64,000 nt of DNA from a virus: positions 64,001 through 128,000 of IMG/VR virus record IMGVR_UViG_3300042566_000678; one strand, given 5' to 3'. The position numbers and the translations under genes were made by a program. This document shows, piece after piece, positions 39,445 to 49,939 of the stretch. The notes under the pieces were generated by a model. It had not been told where the DNA came from, searched no databases, and saw only the letters and a program-made list of their open reading frames with translations. Every line of letters starts with the position of its first letter. Within the stretch, counting starts at the first letter, position 1.

Positions 39445-41679
39445 TTAATCCTGGTCAGGGTTTCCCTTATAGTATCTGTTTATAGAATGTAGGTAATCAC
39501 TTGCTAATGCAGTTTTTGCCTGAACCCACGCTGGTACATCAAAGTTTTCACCTTTTGATTGGATTGTTTGTTGAATACCTTGTGCCGATTCCATTGCGGA
39601 TGTTATACTACTGATAAACATTCCACTCTCATCCGCAGTTGTATCCATATCTTCTACCACTGTATTTTCAGTCTTTATCTTTCTCTTTTGCTGAATTATA
39701 CTTTGTATTTGTGAAAATATACTTTGTATATCCTTATCCAATTGCTTCTCATCTGCGGACATCGGTGTTGTAATATCCACATTAGAATAAAGTTTCTTCT
39801 TTTTAGCAATTAGAACATCAACTTTTTTAATTAAATCGTGTCTTACTTTATCCAAATCTTTAATGATAGCAGATGTATCTGTATCTTCTTTGATTACACC
39901 CTCTATTCTCAATCTATCAGTTACATTTGTTATTTCATCGTAATCGGAATTTCTCAATTCATCCTCAATATCTCTTCTACTTGCCTTTGGGTCTTTTAAC
40001 AATATAGTTCCAATTTTCTTACGAGTGAATGAACCACCCTTATCCCAAATTGCCATAATTGCTTTGAAATGCCAATCGTTTGTAGTTACTTCGGTTACTT
40101 CTTTCTTTGGTGCTTCTGCATTTGCGTCTGCTTTCTTTTGTTGAATACCAATTTGGTCTGCGAAATCATTTGATATTTTAACCAACTCTTTGATTGGCAT
40201 ATCAATTACTCTTACATTCATCATAGCAGGTTTACCACTTGCTACCGCAGAAGATGTAACTGCTGCCCATCTGTGATGACCATCTAATACATATCCATCG
40301 TTTGATACATAGATTGGTGCAGTAATCTTTGGATGATTGGGTTCTGTTTCCAATGCCTTTGTCATACCTGCTACCTTTGCCCCAACCAATTCAGTTTGAG
40401 TTGCTTTCAATTGGTCTGCTGCTACTTCTTGTGGTTCTGATACTTTTACACCATTCTTCTTTAATAGAACTTTGAATTGTGATTCTGTATCTACTTCACC
40501 ATCATTATTTTTTGGTAATTTATCAGCGATTGAACCTGGCTTTGCGTATCCTTTGAATTGTGGCATATCCTCACGAGGAATACCTTTGTTTCCTTTACAA
40601 TATAAGTTAGTACCAGGAATTGTAATATCACATAGATTAAAGTTTGGTGCTTTCTCACCTGCCGCTTTAGCTTCAGCTGCTGCTTTTGCTAATTGGTCTA
40701 TCTTCATAGATACCATACTACGGAACTTTTGTGGAATATCTTTGATGTGTGATTGTTTATCTACATCTAATTCAGGTCCTTTAGTTGAATTGTTTGAAAC
40801 CTTATTTACTCTTTCCTTTGCCCAATTTTCTAAATCGTTGGTAGAGTAATTGTTGGTTCTAAACTTACTTTCGTGTTCACTTTCACCACCAATCTTTGCC
40901 AATCTTTTTAATAGATTATCATATTGAGAGTCTTTTAATCCTAACGCAGATTGTGGGTCTTTTTCCCCTTTGATAAGTAGGTTCATTAGTTTTTCACCAG
41001 TAGTACCTTTTATATCTTCTAAATCTGATTTGATTTTTTTAGGTGATAAGTTGGAGGTTGGTTCTGCTTTTTGGGAATATTTAGCTATTATATCCTTTGC
41101 ATATTTGTTACCAGGATTACCAACAACCGCAGTCATAAAATCCATAGGTTTTAACTTTTTGGATTTCAAATCATCTGCCACTTTTGATAGGTTTACACCA
41201 TTCTCATCTGCCCACCCTGCTACTGCTTGTGCTCTTAAACCAGTTGTGGATGCAATACCATTTACGGTTGCCATACCATCTACTTTAGGTTCTGCTTTTA
41301 CCTCACCACCATTATCTGCTTTGGCTTTGGCTATATCACTTGCCGATGGTTTTGAATGGATTGCCGGATTAGCTTTCTTTACTGAATATACATTACCAGT
41401 CTTCTTATTCTTTACTACCACATCTTCACCTAAATTTACTGGCTCACCTGTTAATGCTTTTTCAAATGCAGCTTCTGCTCTATCTACCAACTCTTGATGA
41501 TATTGCATTTCACTATGCAATGCAATCAATTGTGGTTTTAATTTAACCTTTGCATTGTGGTCACCAACCTTAAATTGGTCAATTAAAGCACGTTGTTCTT
41601 TTTGCTTTGCTTGATATTGTTGAACTGCTCTTTGGTATAGCTCTGATGCCTTCTTAAATTGAGATGATATATTTGCCAT
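39445..41679 (-). CDS. Large mosaic protein with ParB/Srx-like domain
   Basis: LKATQ..PIYVSNDGYVLDGHHRWAA; coiled coils; C-terminal PAWVQAK. Confidence 0.7.
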   Translation of the reverse strand: MANISSQFKKASELYQRAVQQYQAKQKEQRALIDQFKVGDHNAKVKLKPQLIALHSEMQYHQELVDRAEAAFEKALTGEPVNLGEDVVVKNKKTGNVYSVKKANPAIHSKPSASDIAKAKADNGGEVKAEPKVDGMATVNGIASTTGLRAQAVAGWADENGVNLSKVADDLKSKKLKPMDFMTAVVGNPGNKYAKDIIAKYSQKAEPTSNLSPKKIKSDLEDIKGTTGEKLMNLLIKGEKDPQSALGLKDSQYDNLLKRLAKIGGESEHESKFRTNNYSTNDLENWAKERVNKVSNNSTKGPELDVDKQSHIKDIPQKFRSMVSMKIDQLAKAAAEAKAAGEKAPNFNLCDITIPGTNLYCKGNKGIPREDMPQFKGYAKPGSIADKLPKNNDGEVDTESQFKVLLKKNGVKVSEPQEVAADQLKATQTELVGAKVAGMTKALETEPNHPKITAPIYVSNDGYVLDGHHRWAAVTSSAVASGKPAMMNVRVIDMPIKELVKISNDFADQIGIQQKKADANAEAPKKEVTEVTTNDWHFKAIMAIWDKGGSFTRKKIGTILLKDPKASRRDIEDELRNSDYDEITNVTDRLRIEGVIKEDTDTSAIIKDLDKVRHDLIKKVDVLIAKKKKLYSNVDITTPMSADEKQLDKDIQSIFSQIQSIIQQKRKIKTENTVVEDMDTTADESGMFISSITSAMESAQGIQQTIQSKGENFDVPAWVQAKTALASDYLHSINRYYKGNPDQD

Positions 41680-41682
41680 TTC

Positions 41683-42060
41683 TTATTTCAATGTTAGTAA
41701 ATACTTTGTTTTATTACATTTTGCCATTAACTCATCACGTAAGTTTAATAGGTCTGTATCTCTTCTTGCATCCAACACATCTGTAAGGTTGATTGCGGTT
41801 TCAATCATATCATCAATTGCAGTTATTACATTAGCATCGCTGATATTTACAAAATCATAAGATAATCCAGCTACATCAACTCTACCATACTTACCCATAG
41901 CTGTTTCCGTAAACTCATCAACCAACTCTGTTATAGCATCAAATGCTTTACCCAATGCTTCGTGTTTTGCATAGATTTTAGTTTGCCAATGAAAGAACTT
42001 CAATGCGTTTGAAAAGTGTTGTGTATCTGCGATGTATTGTTGTAAATCTTTATTTTCCAT
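41683..42060 (-). CDS. Ferritin/Dps-like protein (DUF5856-like)
   Basis: FHWQT..HEALG..LVDEFTE..LLNLRDE..KYLLTLK. Confidence 0.75.
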   Translation of the reverse strand: MENKDLQQYIADTQHFSNALKFFHWQTKIYAKHEALGKAFDAITELVDEFTETAMGKYGRVDVAGLSYDFVNISDANVITAIDDMIETAINLTDVLDARRDTDLLNLRDELMAKCNKTKYLLTLK

Positions 42061-43016
42061 TATCTAAAATTGTTTCTCGTTATCTTGCTTATTAAATCGT
42101 AATCTTTTGGGTCTAACTTTTTCTTCAAAACCTTTGCAAAATCTACTGTTCTTGGATGGGATACTGCGTGTTGAATATCTTCATCATTTTCTAATTCTTT
42201 TTCTAACTGGCGTATTCTACCCATATTCTTTAACGAAGTCCAAGCATTCTTAACACCCTGAATAGTACTCTTTATACCATTCATCGTTGCATCCTTTGAT
42301 GATTTTAAGAACTCACCAATCATATATCTAATTAAAAATCTTAAAAAGAAACTACCCGCTGCTATACCAATCATTTGCAATCCACTCATTACAACATCCG
42401 ATATATCTTCGTTTAGTTTAGATTCTGTTTGAACTTTTTTTTTTAAAATAGCTCTAACACTTTCCTTAATACTTTCAATTTGCTTTCTTTCGTAGTATAA
42501 TTCTTTTAATGAATTGAATACTTGCTCACCATCTGCTACACCTTCTCTCCAACCACCACCTTTCTTCTCATACATTTTGATACGTTCAACAACAGGTCTA
42601 CCTTCACAAACTTTACCAGTTGCGTTCCAAAGTACTCTGTTAGTTGGTAGTGGAAAATTCTTTTGTGTTCTATTGTTTGGTAAATCTTGGATAGATGCTA
42701 TGGTAGCATTTGGATTTACATCTGCCGATTCGGTTCTAAAACAACCACAACTTGCATCATATCCTTTTATAGTGTTTTCAGCACTAACGGGTAAAACAGC
42801 TGATGGTAAATCTTCATCTTCCAAATCTATTTTGTTTTCCTTCTTAACGTGGGTGGGTAAACCTTTGTGTTTTGTAGATGCAAAATCTTTTGCTGCTTTA
42901 TCGGTCATAGAATCTGCCGCTTTCTCAACTTCTGGAGATGGGTTTTCTAAATCGCCTTTTTGGGCGGCATGAACCATTCCCATAAATCTTTGTTGTGCTT
43001 TACTAACTGACGGCAT
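42060..43016 (-). CDS. DUF3008-like N-terminal domain protein
   Basis: MPSVSKAQQRFMG..FASTKHKGLP. Confidence 0.65.
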   Translation of the reverse strand: MPSVSKAQQRFMGMVHAAQKGDLENPSPEVEKAADSMTDKAAKDFASTKHKGLPTHVKKENKIDLEDEDLPSAVLPVSAENTIKGYDASCGCFRTESADVNPNATIASIQDLPNNRTQKNFPLPTNRVLWNATGKVCEGRPVVERIKMYEKKGGGWREGVADGEQVFNSLKELYYERKQIESIKESVRAILKKKVQTESKLNEDISDVVMSGLQMIGIAAGSFFLRFLIRYMIGEFLKSSKDATMNGIKSTIQGVKNAWTSLKNMGRIRQLEKELENDEDIQHAVSHPRTVDFAKVLKKKLDPKDYDLISKITRNNFR

Positions 43017-43056
43017 ATCTTTTAATATATAGTTTTACCAATATAAATATATAGAT

Positions 43057-44253
43057 TTAAAGTTTAACTAATGATTTTTGATACTCCGTTAGTTTATTTA
43101 CCGATATATCAAACACATCGTATTTGAATTTGCCCTCTGCCTTATTGTCAAACATCACCATAGGTAACATAGTTAGGAATCTAAATCTGTTTTGGTCTGC
43201 AAGTAAATCATCACAATTACACTTTACAACTACATCGTTGTATGTTGCACCATCTAATGGTTTGAACTTATTATTTATATCAATGTTGGTAAATCGTAGT
43301 TCACTAGCCAAATAATCAACTGCTATTTCAGTATCACAATGGATAGTTGAAAAGTATGGTTCTAAATAACCAATTACATCTTCTCTTGCATTTTCCAGCA
43401 CTAAACCAATATCATACTTTGGAACAATTGTTGGGTATTGATATTCATCATACAATGGAGTTGTTCCCCATTTACGAATGAACTCTCTTGTCTGTCTCAT
43501 AGCTAGGTAATTCCAATCATCACTTTTCTTTTGTAAATCATCCGTTTGATTTGCGTGTTCAAATTGTCCACCTCTACAAGTCAAATGATAAACCAATGCA
43601 TTCCAAGGTTGTACGAAATCAAAACCATTTAATAGGAAACGATTGAACAAATCTCTATCCTCACTATGTGATTTCATAATTGGGTCATGCCCACCCACCG
43701 ATAAGAAATCTTCTCTAGCTATCAACCAAGGAGCAAACACTCCCTTCGTTGTTCTATCATTATCTAAATTATGTTCTACGAAATCATTAAATCTCTGTTT
43801 CATAAAACCATCCTTCACATTTTCTTCTGGCCACAATCCAAAGTTTTCAACTATCTTTGCTGGGTCTGCTGGATGTAATGGTGGTTCGATTCTTGTAGCT
43901 GATACTACCAATCCTTTCTGCCAATTCTTATATAGATTTAAATCCATATCTTTACCCGCCAACATATCTGCATGATATATAACTACGAACTCCGTAGTTG
44001 CTTTCTCTACTAATAAGTTGTATGCATTACCAATACCATATAATTCTGTATGTGGGTTCTTATGGAAATCTACACCATTCTCCTTACACCAATTCTCCGT
44101 ACCATCATTATCAGCATCAATGAATACTAATATCTTATGGGTTTTATTATAGCAGTTATCTCTAATATACTGAACTGCGTGTTTTAAGTATCGTAAGTTA
44201 TTCTTACTGGTGATACAAAATGTAAAATCTGGTATTATTTCTATTGTTTCCAT
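43057..44253 (-). CDS. Glycosyltransferase family 2
   Basis: DADNDGT, HADM, VGGHD..SEDRDL. Confidence 0.88.
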   Translation of the reverse strand: METIEIIPDFTFCITSKNNLRYLKHAVQYIRDNCYNKTHKILVFIDADNDGTENWCKENGVDFHKNPHTELYGIGNAYNLLVEKATTEFVVIYHADMLAGKDMDLNLYKNWQKGLVVSATRIEPPLHPADPAKIVENFGLWPEENVKDGFMKQRFNDFVEHNLDNDRTTKGVFAPWLIAREDFLSVGGHDPIMKSHSEDRDLFNRFLLNGFDFVQPWNALVYHLTCRGGQFEHANQTDDLQKKSDDWNYLAMRQTREFIRKWGTTPLYDEYQYPTIVPKYDIGLVLENAREDVIGYLEPYFSTIHCDTEIAVDYLASELRFTNIDINNKFKPLDGATYNDVVVKCNCDDLLADQNRFRFLTMLPMVMFDNKAEGKFKYDVFDISVNKLTEYQKSLVKL

Positions 44254-44900
44254 TATTCTCCTACGTCTACCACGTGTCTATCCCAACCAATATGCTTACA
44301 ATATCCTTCTGTGAATATCATTGCAAAGTATTCTCTTTCGTAATAGTATTTACTTATTTCTAACTCTCTACCAATTGGTGTGTACCCATCTTTTGGATAA
44401 TCTACCAACTTTCGTAGTGATGGGTTGAATGTGAATCCATGCCAATGTCCATCAAATCCCCAAATCAATCTACGAACTCCCTTACCATTTACATCATAGG
44501 TTGGGTCTATGGATGGGTGTGGTGTATCGTTAGGGTCTCTTGTCCATACACATATAATCTTTTCATCCAAATCAATTACATCCAAACAAGCCTCAATGAA
44601 TCCTTCTTTGTAGAACTCCCAATCTTCTTCCATATGGAAAATGTATGGGGTTGTTATCATAGTATATGCTTTATCTATACTACGAACTTGACCTATGTTT
44701 TTAGGATTATCTATAAACTTAATTAATGGGTACTTTTTAATCAAGTCATTATTGCAACCAACCACACCACTATCATCAATCACTATAAACTTTTTGATTG
44801 GATGTGTGTTAAACTTATGGAAACTATCCAAAGTTTTCTCTAACAAATCTGGTCTGTTACATGATGTAACTACAACTGAAACCTCTTTAAAGTCCTTCAT
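44253..44900 (-). CDS. Glycosyltransferase family 2
   Basis: VVVTSCNRPDLL, VIDDS, HMEEDW. Confidence 0.85.
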   Translation of the reverse strand: MKDFKEVSVVVTSCNRPDLLEKTLDSFHKFNTHPIKKFIVIDDSGVVGCNNDLIKKYPLIKFIDNPKNIGQVRSIDKAYTMITTPYIFHMEEDWEFYKEGFIEACLDVIDLDEKIICVWTRDPNDTPHPSIDPTYDVNGKGVRRLIWGFDGHWHGFTFNPSLRKLVDYPKDGYTPIGRELEISKYYYEREYFAMIFTEGYCKHIGWDRHVVDVGE

Positions 44901-45513
44901 AGAAATCGTTTTGTTTTCTTTGACGTTCTATATCTTTAATATGTTTGATTGAATATACCTCTTCCGTTGGGAATATAGAATAGGAATCATATCCCTGTAC
45001 CTTCTCATGTACTTTACCTGCCCAAAAGATGTTTTGTTTGTTTCGATACAATCTACCTTGTACATCTGGATAATTTACCCAACCTTGCTCATTAACTTGC
45101 CATCTCCATTTTGCAATATCCTCCGGTGTTAAACCATTTACGATGTTGATTCGTGGTAGCCAGAACATATCTATCTCTGGGTTTCCCTCTAATATAGTAT
45201 GTAGGTTTTCTATAAGTGTTGGGTCTAAATCTTCATCTGCATCTAATTGGAAAATCCAATCACCACTACAATTTTGATTTAGATGTTGTTTGAATTGCCC
45301 AAAATCCCCATTTAGTGGGAATGATACTAAACGTTGGATTGAACTATCTATTACAGATTTATTTAGATATTCAACTACCTCCACCGTTGCTTTTGGTGAA
45401 TCGAATTGAACTACGATTTCATCTTCTTCTCTTTTGTGTGAAGATAAACGTGTTATAAGGTTTTGTATCTCAACTATCTCATTGGATACTGTAACTGCGT
45501 AACTTATTTTCAT
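44887..45513 (-). CDS. Glycosyltransferase family 2
   Basis: WIFQLDADE, YPDVQGRL, VHE. Confidence 0.88.
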   Translation of the reverse strand: MKISYAVTVSNEIVEIQNLITRLSSHKREEDEIVVQFDSPKATVEVVEYLNKSVIDSSIQRLVSFPLNGDFGQFKQHLNQNCSGDWIFQLDADEDLDPTLIENLHTILEGNPEIDMFWLPRINIVNGLTPEDIAKWRWQVNEQGWVNYPDVQGRLYRNKQNIFWAGKVHEKVQGYDSYSIFPTEEVYSIKHIKDIERQRKQNDFYEGL

Positions 45514-45521
45514 AATCTATT

Positions 45522-46055
45522 TTATTGTCTACCAACTGGCTTTATTTCAAGTCCAATTTTCTTACCTAATTTTTCTACATTGAAATACACTTCACTCAAT
45601 CTTTTTAATCCTGGTATTTTATAGGTTCTATAACAATCGTAGTTTTTAAGTAGTGTATTATTTTTAACTTGCTTTTGATAAAATGCAGCTCCTGTCCTAT
45701 CTATCTTTATAGCTTTAGCTTCTTTACTATATTGTAGATTTTCGGATAGTTCTGTATTAGTATCTTGTATATCTTTTAATAGTGCTACAACGTATAAAGG
45801 TTCTTGTATTTTCTGCATCAATTGAGTAAATACCCTTAAAGGTATTGCGTTTAACTTAATGCAATGTACTAATTTATCGCCTCTGTTAAAACCCAATACC
45901 AATAAGAGTGGAGTCTGCGAACCCCCATATGCTTTTGTTTTACCACTTACATAATCATACCCATATAATCTATAAAACCCACCATTTTTTATTTGGTTTT
46001 TTGTAGTGTTTCTTTCTAAATAGAAATATGGAATATAATAATATAGGTTATTCAT
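45522..46055 (-). CDS. Hypothetical protein, weak resemblance to DNA end-protector proteins
   Basis: PLLLVL..IKLNAIP..CYRTY pattern. Confidence 0.4.
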   Translation of the reverse strand: MNNLYYYIPYFYLERNTTKNQIKNGGFYRLYGYDYVSGKTKAYGGSQTPLLLVLGFNRGDKLVHCIKLNAIPLRVFTQLMQKIQEPLYVVALLKDIQDTNTELSENLQYSKEAKAIKIDRTGAAFYQKQVKNNTLLKNYDCYRTYKIPGLKRLSEVYFNVEKLGKKIGLEIKPVGRQ

Positions 46056-47313
46056 TTACTTTTGTCAACTTTGGGATATTCAACGGAATAAATTGTTTTA
46101 TTGTTGGAACGTATTTAGTTAAAATACCATCAAACAAAGTAGTCATTTTTTCTAAACCAAAATTTTGTTGGTTTTGTTTTCCTAATTGTTGAGATGCTGT
46201 TTTGTACTTATCGTATCCCTTATAAATATCGGTAAATGTTTTAATTGCTCCGGTGTAATTCACATAGAACCATTTAGTTCCTTCCAAAATGAATTGGTCT
46301 TGTGCTGATGGGTGTACATCTTTCAACTCACCATCTAACAATACTGCACCTTTATTTAAGAAATCCAAATGCCCACTCCAATTAGATGCAATTACGGGCT
46401 TACCTGTCAAACTGAACTCTAATAATGGTCTACCAAATCCTTCACCATGTGTAAACGAAACCATAGTTTTTACCTTTGGATGTTGGTATAGTGCGTTCAT
46501 TTCTGAATCACTTAACTCACCATGCAGTAAATAGATAGATGGGATGTTCTTACCAAACTCTTCCGTAACCTCTTCTAATTTACCCATAGTTGCTTCTCTA
46601 TCCATTACAGAGAAACCCGCTGATGATGTTTTAAGGATTAGTGCAGGTGCGTTCTTTTGCCCTCTAAATGCGTGACAGAATGATTTAATCATCATACCTA
46701 CATCTTTTCTATCGTGCCCCAAATCACCTTTCAACCAATGCCCTACAAATAGGAATGCAAAATCTTCTTTGATTTTATCCAACTCTGGTAATTCAACTTC
46801 TGCTTTCTTACCAAAGAACTCTTCGTTGTATCCCTCAAATAAAACCTCAACCGGCTTTTCTAATTTATGTTCTTTAACTACTCGTTGTGTGTTTCTATCA
46901 GTTTCACTATAAATAGTTTTAACTAATACATCTTTAGAAAACTCCGATGGTACAATAATCATATCCATACGATTACACCCTGCAATAAAATCAACAGAAC
47001 AAGCCGTAGTTTCTATACCAGCAGTAATACCAATATTATATGTACCCATTGGTTGGAACTCATTTGGTACAGTCACTTGCATATACACATCTGGCTTACG
47101 TTCTACACCAGCCACAATTCTTTTAATAATATCTTCATCATTACCAGTTAATGCAGTCATCGGTGTTGCTCCCCATCTGGTAGATATAATACGAACATCG
47201 TACTTATCCAATTTGATTAGAGAACGAACCAAATCTCGTGCATGGTCCCCATAACCACTCCTTGTGGCTACGGGTCCTTGAAATAATAGTAAAGGTTTTT
47301 TAACTTCTGCCAT
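46048..47313 (-). CDS. Glycosyltransferase family 4 (GT-B)
   Basis: SGYG, GEGFGRPLLE..GKPVIASNWSGHLDF. Confidence 0.9.
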   Translation of the reverse strand: MAEVKKPLLLFQGPVATRSGYGDHARDLVRSLIKLDKYDVRIISTRWGATPMTALTGNDEDIIKRIVAGVERKPDVYMQVTVPNEFQPMGTYNIGITAGIETTACSVDFIAGCNRMDMIIVPSEFSKDVLVKTIYSETDRNTQRVVKEHKLEKPVEVLFEGYNEEFFGKKAEVELPELDKIKEDFAFLFVGHWLKGDLGHDRKDVGMMIKSFCHAFRGQKNAPALILKTSSAGFSVMDREATMGKLEEVTEEFGKNIPSIYLLHGELSDSEMNALYQHPKVKTMVSFTHGEGFGRPLLEFSLTGKPVIASNWSGHLDFLNKGAVLLDGELKDVHPSAQDQFILEGTKWFYVNYTGAIKTFTDIYKGYDKYKTASQQLGKQNQQNFGLEKMTTLFDGILTKYVPTIKQFIPLNIPKLTKVNE

Positions 47314-47316
47314 AAC

Positions 47317-48711
47317 TTATTTAATATCTAATGTAAAAATCTCGTGTTTCTTTCTCGGTGTAAAGTTTTCTAATGCATCATTGATTCCATCGGTCATAGT
47401 TTTACACATATTCTCTAATGATAATCCACCTTCGCCTAATGCCCACTCTCTACCTTTTAATCCTAACGCCTTTCTTTCTTCTCTACCCATATTGTAGAAC
47501 TCACTTAATGCCGATGTTACCTCATAAGTATCAACGTGGTCTTCCATAATGTATGGTGTTGGTGGTGAACCTGTATAAGAACGAGAACGGCTCCATACTG
47601 GAATTACCCAATCTCCCCAAGTTACTTTATCTTCAAACTTTCTCCAATCGTGCAAAGAACCAATCTCCACATAATCTTCTTCGTTTAATGCTACACCACT
47701 ATCTTTCCAACGGAAACCACATTGGTCTTGCAATCCACCAGTTACATTTACAATGACAGGTGTTCCTGCTACGATACTTTCTGCACTAGCCAATCCAAAT
47801 CCTTCTGCTGATGAAATGTTTAAAGTAACATCTGCTATATTGTATAACTGATTTAATTGCTGCTCATTCCACTTTCTATCATCAAATATCACATTGATAC
47901 CCGGAGCTAAATCTGCTACTACCTTCGGTAAATCCGTACCATTCTCATCTACCTTTTGTGTGTGCATCAATAAAGCACATTTATCACGTTTTTCTTCTGG
48001 TAGATTATTTACAAAATCTCTAAAAGATACAATCACATCAATTGCCTGCTTTCTACGGATGTTTCGGTTGTTCCAATATGCTACAAAATCATATTTTTTA
48101 TCACCCAATACCTCTTTGTAGAATTTATCATCAATTTGAGTTGGTTTGTAATCTACATCGTTTATACCGTGTGGTACATACTTTACTTGCCAATCAGCAG
48201 GTTGTTTCCAACGTGATTTTGCATCCATTCCCCATACTCTACGAGTAATCCCATAGGTTTGTCTTGAAATAGTACCTACCCAATCACAACTCTCTAAATA
48301 ATCTCTGTTGTATTGTGGGTCTGGTAAATCATCCCAAATGTGATAGAATAAAATTGGGATGTTTTGACGAATCTCATGCTCAATTTGATATAACCAAATC
48401 CAATACCTAGGGTCTGTAAAGTGTAGGATTGCATCTGGGTTTTCCATATTGATGATTTGACGTAACGAATCCGCAGTACCATATCCTGATGATGGGTAGA
48501 TTTTTACATATGCATCTTCGATACCCGTTCTCTTACGGACATCTTCACACAAATCCATAATCTTACCTTCTTCCGGATGTTTTACTGCTGCTCCGATTTG
48601 CACCCAATCGAAATCTTTTAATGTACCTAATACGAATTGCTTTGACATATTTGCAATACCACTTGCCATCCGTAGGTCGTCTGATAGTAACAATATCTTC
48701 TTTTTTGCCAT
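47317..48711 (-). CDS. Glycosyltransferase family 4 (GT-B)
   Basis: NRNIRRK, EGFGLASAESIVAGTPVI. Confidence 0.9.
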   Translation of the reverse strand: MAKKKILLLSDDLRMASGIANMSKQFVLGTLKDFDWVQIGAAVKHPEEGKIMDLCEDVRKRTGIEDAYVKIYPSSGYGTADSLRQIINMENPDAILHFTDPRYWIWLYQIEHEIRQNIPILFYHIWDDLPDPQYNRDYLESCDWVGTISRQTYGITRRVWGMDAKSRWKQPADWQVKYVPHGINDVDYKPTQIDDKFYKEVLGDKKYDFVAYWNNRNIRRKQAIDVIVSFRDFVNNLPEEKRDKCALLMHTQKVDENGTDLPKVVADLAPGINVIFDDRKWNEQQLNQLYNIADVTLNISSAEGFGLASAESIVAGTPVIVNVTGGLQDQCGFRWKDSGVALNEEDYVEIGSLHDWRKFEDKVTWGDWVIPVWSRSRSYTGSPPTPYIMEDHVDTYEVTSALSEFYNMGREERKALGLKGREWALGEGGLSLENMCKTMTDGINDALENFTPRKKHEIFTLDIK

Positions 48712-48717
48712 AATTTG

Positions 48718-48921
48718 TTAAAACGCTGAACCGCTTAATTGTAACTGATTGTAATTGTTTAATTTGTTTTTGTAATCTTCATCATTCAGATAAAGTTTTA
48801 TACTCCGATTTACTAATTTTTGTAACGTTATTCCGTTTTCACTTATTGACGAAACCCTAAATGTTTGGTATAAATCAGAGATTATCTTTACCGAAGTCAG
48901 TTTAGTTTCTGCTTTTTTCAT
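48718..48921 (-). CDS. Small putative ribbon-helix-helix DNA-binding protein
   Basis: LTSVKI...LQKLVNRSIKLY. Confidence 0.5.
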   Translation of the reverse strand: MKKAETKLTSVKIISDLYQTFRVSSISENGITLQKLVNRSIKLYLNDEDYKNKLNNYNQLQLSGSAF

Positions 48922-48988
48922 AATAACCCTCTATATATTTGTATATATAAATATACAAAAAATAAAAAATCATACAAAAAAAATTAAA

Positions 48989-49858
48989 TTATTTTTGCCG
49001 AGCTGGACACCTATCCTTAAACTCACAGAATCTACAATTTTTATTACCCTCACCTGGATTTGGTGTGTAATCCGCATCTAAATTATCTGTACCATCTTCG
49101 TTAAATACCGAATCTACGAATCTCATAAAGTCTTTAACCGCACGAGCCACCGATGGACCACCATTAGCAGGAACTAATTTAGATATGCGTGGTATAGTAT
49201 ATTCCGTATTCTCACTAATTTTTCGTTTAATGATTTGGAACTCGACTTGTATCCTGTCTATCGGGTGATTGTACTGCTCTGAATAATAATGTTTGTATAA
49301 TAGTAATTGGTTTAGTTTAGTTTTGTCCGCCTTCTGTTCCTTTGTCCAACCACGCGTAGATGTTTTGAAATCAACAATCTTTAATAGGTTGAACTCTTTG
49401 TGGCGGGTTACTATATCCAAATATCCTAACATAGATACATTGGGTTTTAGTTGGATGTTTAGGGGTAATTCTATACCTACCAACTCCCAACCTTTCTTTG
49501 CGAAGAAGTCATCACTATTTTTCTTAAAGTACTCCAAACAAATGACTCCATCGTTATAGAACTCCATAAGTTCCTCTTTGGAACATACGAACTTGCCTTC
49601 CTCAAACCCTTCATGCTCTTTCTTAAAAGTATCTACAAGCCTTTCTTTAAGTAAAGCAGGTAAATCTATTTCGTTGGCCTCTTTCTTTGTCTTATTGTAG
49701 AATATACTCAAATAATGTTGTAGGGTTTCGTGAAATGCAGTACCAAAGATTGTGTGAATACTACCAGAGTAGACACCTAACTTATCAATGTAGTTGAACT
49801 TGTACTGCTGCGGGCAGGTGGTGTACATTGAATACCGTGAATAGGATACGCGAGCCAT
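48989..49858 (-). CDS. PD-(D/E)XK exonuclease (RecB/AddB/Cas4-like with Fe-S Cys staple)
   Basis: SYSR..CP, GTAFHE, GYLD..IVDFKT, QLLLY, CRFCEFKDRC. Confidence 0.88.
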   Translation of the reverse strand: MARVSYSRYSMYTTCPQQYKFNYIDKLGVYSGSIHTIFGTAFHETLQHYLSIFYNKTKKEANEIDLPALLKERLVDTFKKEHEGFEEGKFVCSKEELMEFYNDGVICLEYFKKNSDDFFAKKGWELVGIELPLNIQLKPNVSMLGYLDIVTRHKEFNLLKIVDFKTSTRGWTKEQKADKTKLNQLLLYKHYYSEQYNHPIDRIQVEFQIIKRKISENTEYTIPRISKLVPANGGPSVARAVKDFMRFVDSVFNEDGTDNLDADYTPNPGEGNKNCRFCEFKDRCPARQK

Positions 49859-49874
49859 AATATTTTCTTTAAGT

Positions 49875-49913
49875 ACAAATATACAAAAAAGACTTGGGAT
49901 TACCAAGTCTTTC
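49875..49913 (-). promoter_or_regulatory. Terminator hairpin overlapping a TATATTTG promoter
   Basis: AAAGACTTGG TAATC CCAAGTCTTTTTT, then TATATTTG at 49882-49875. Confidence 0.7.
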
Positions 49914-49939
49914 TCATGTTATTTTTAACTTATTTAATA

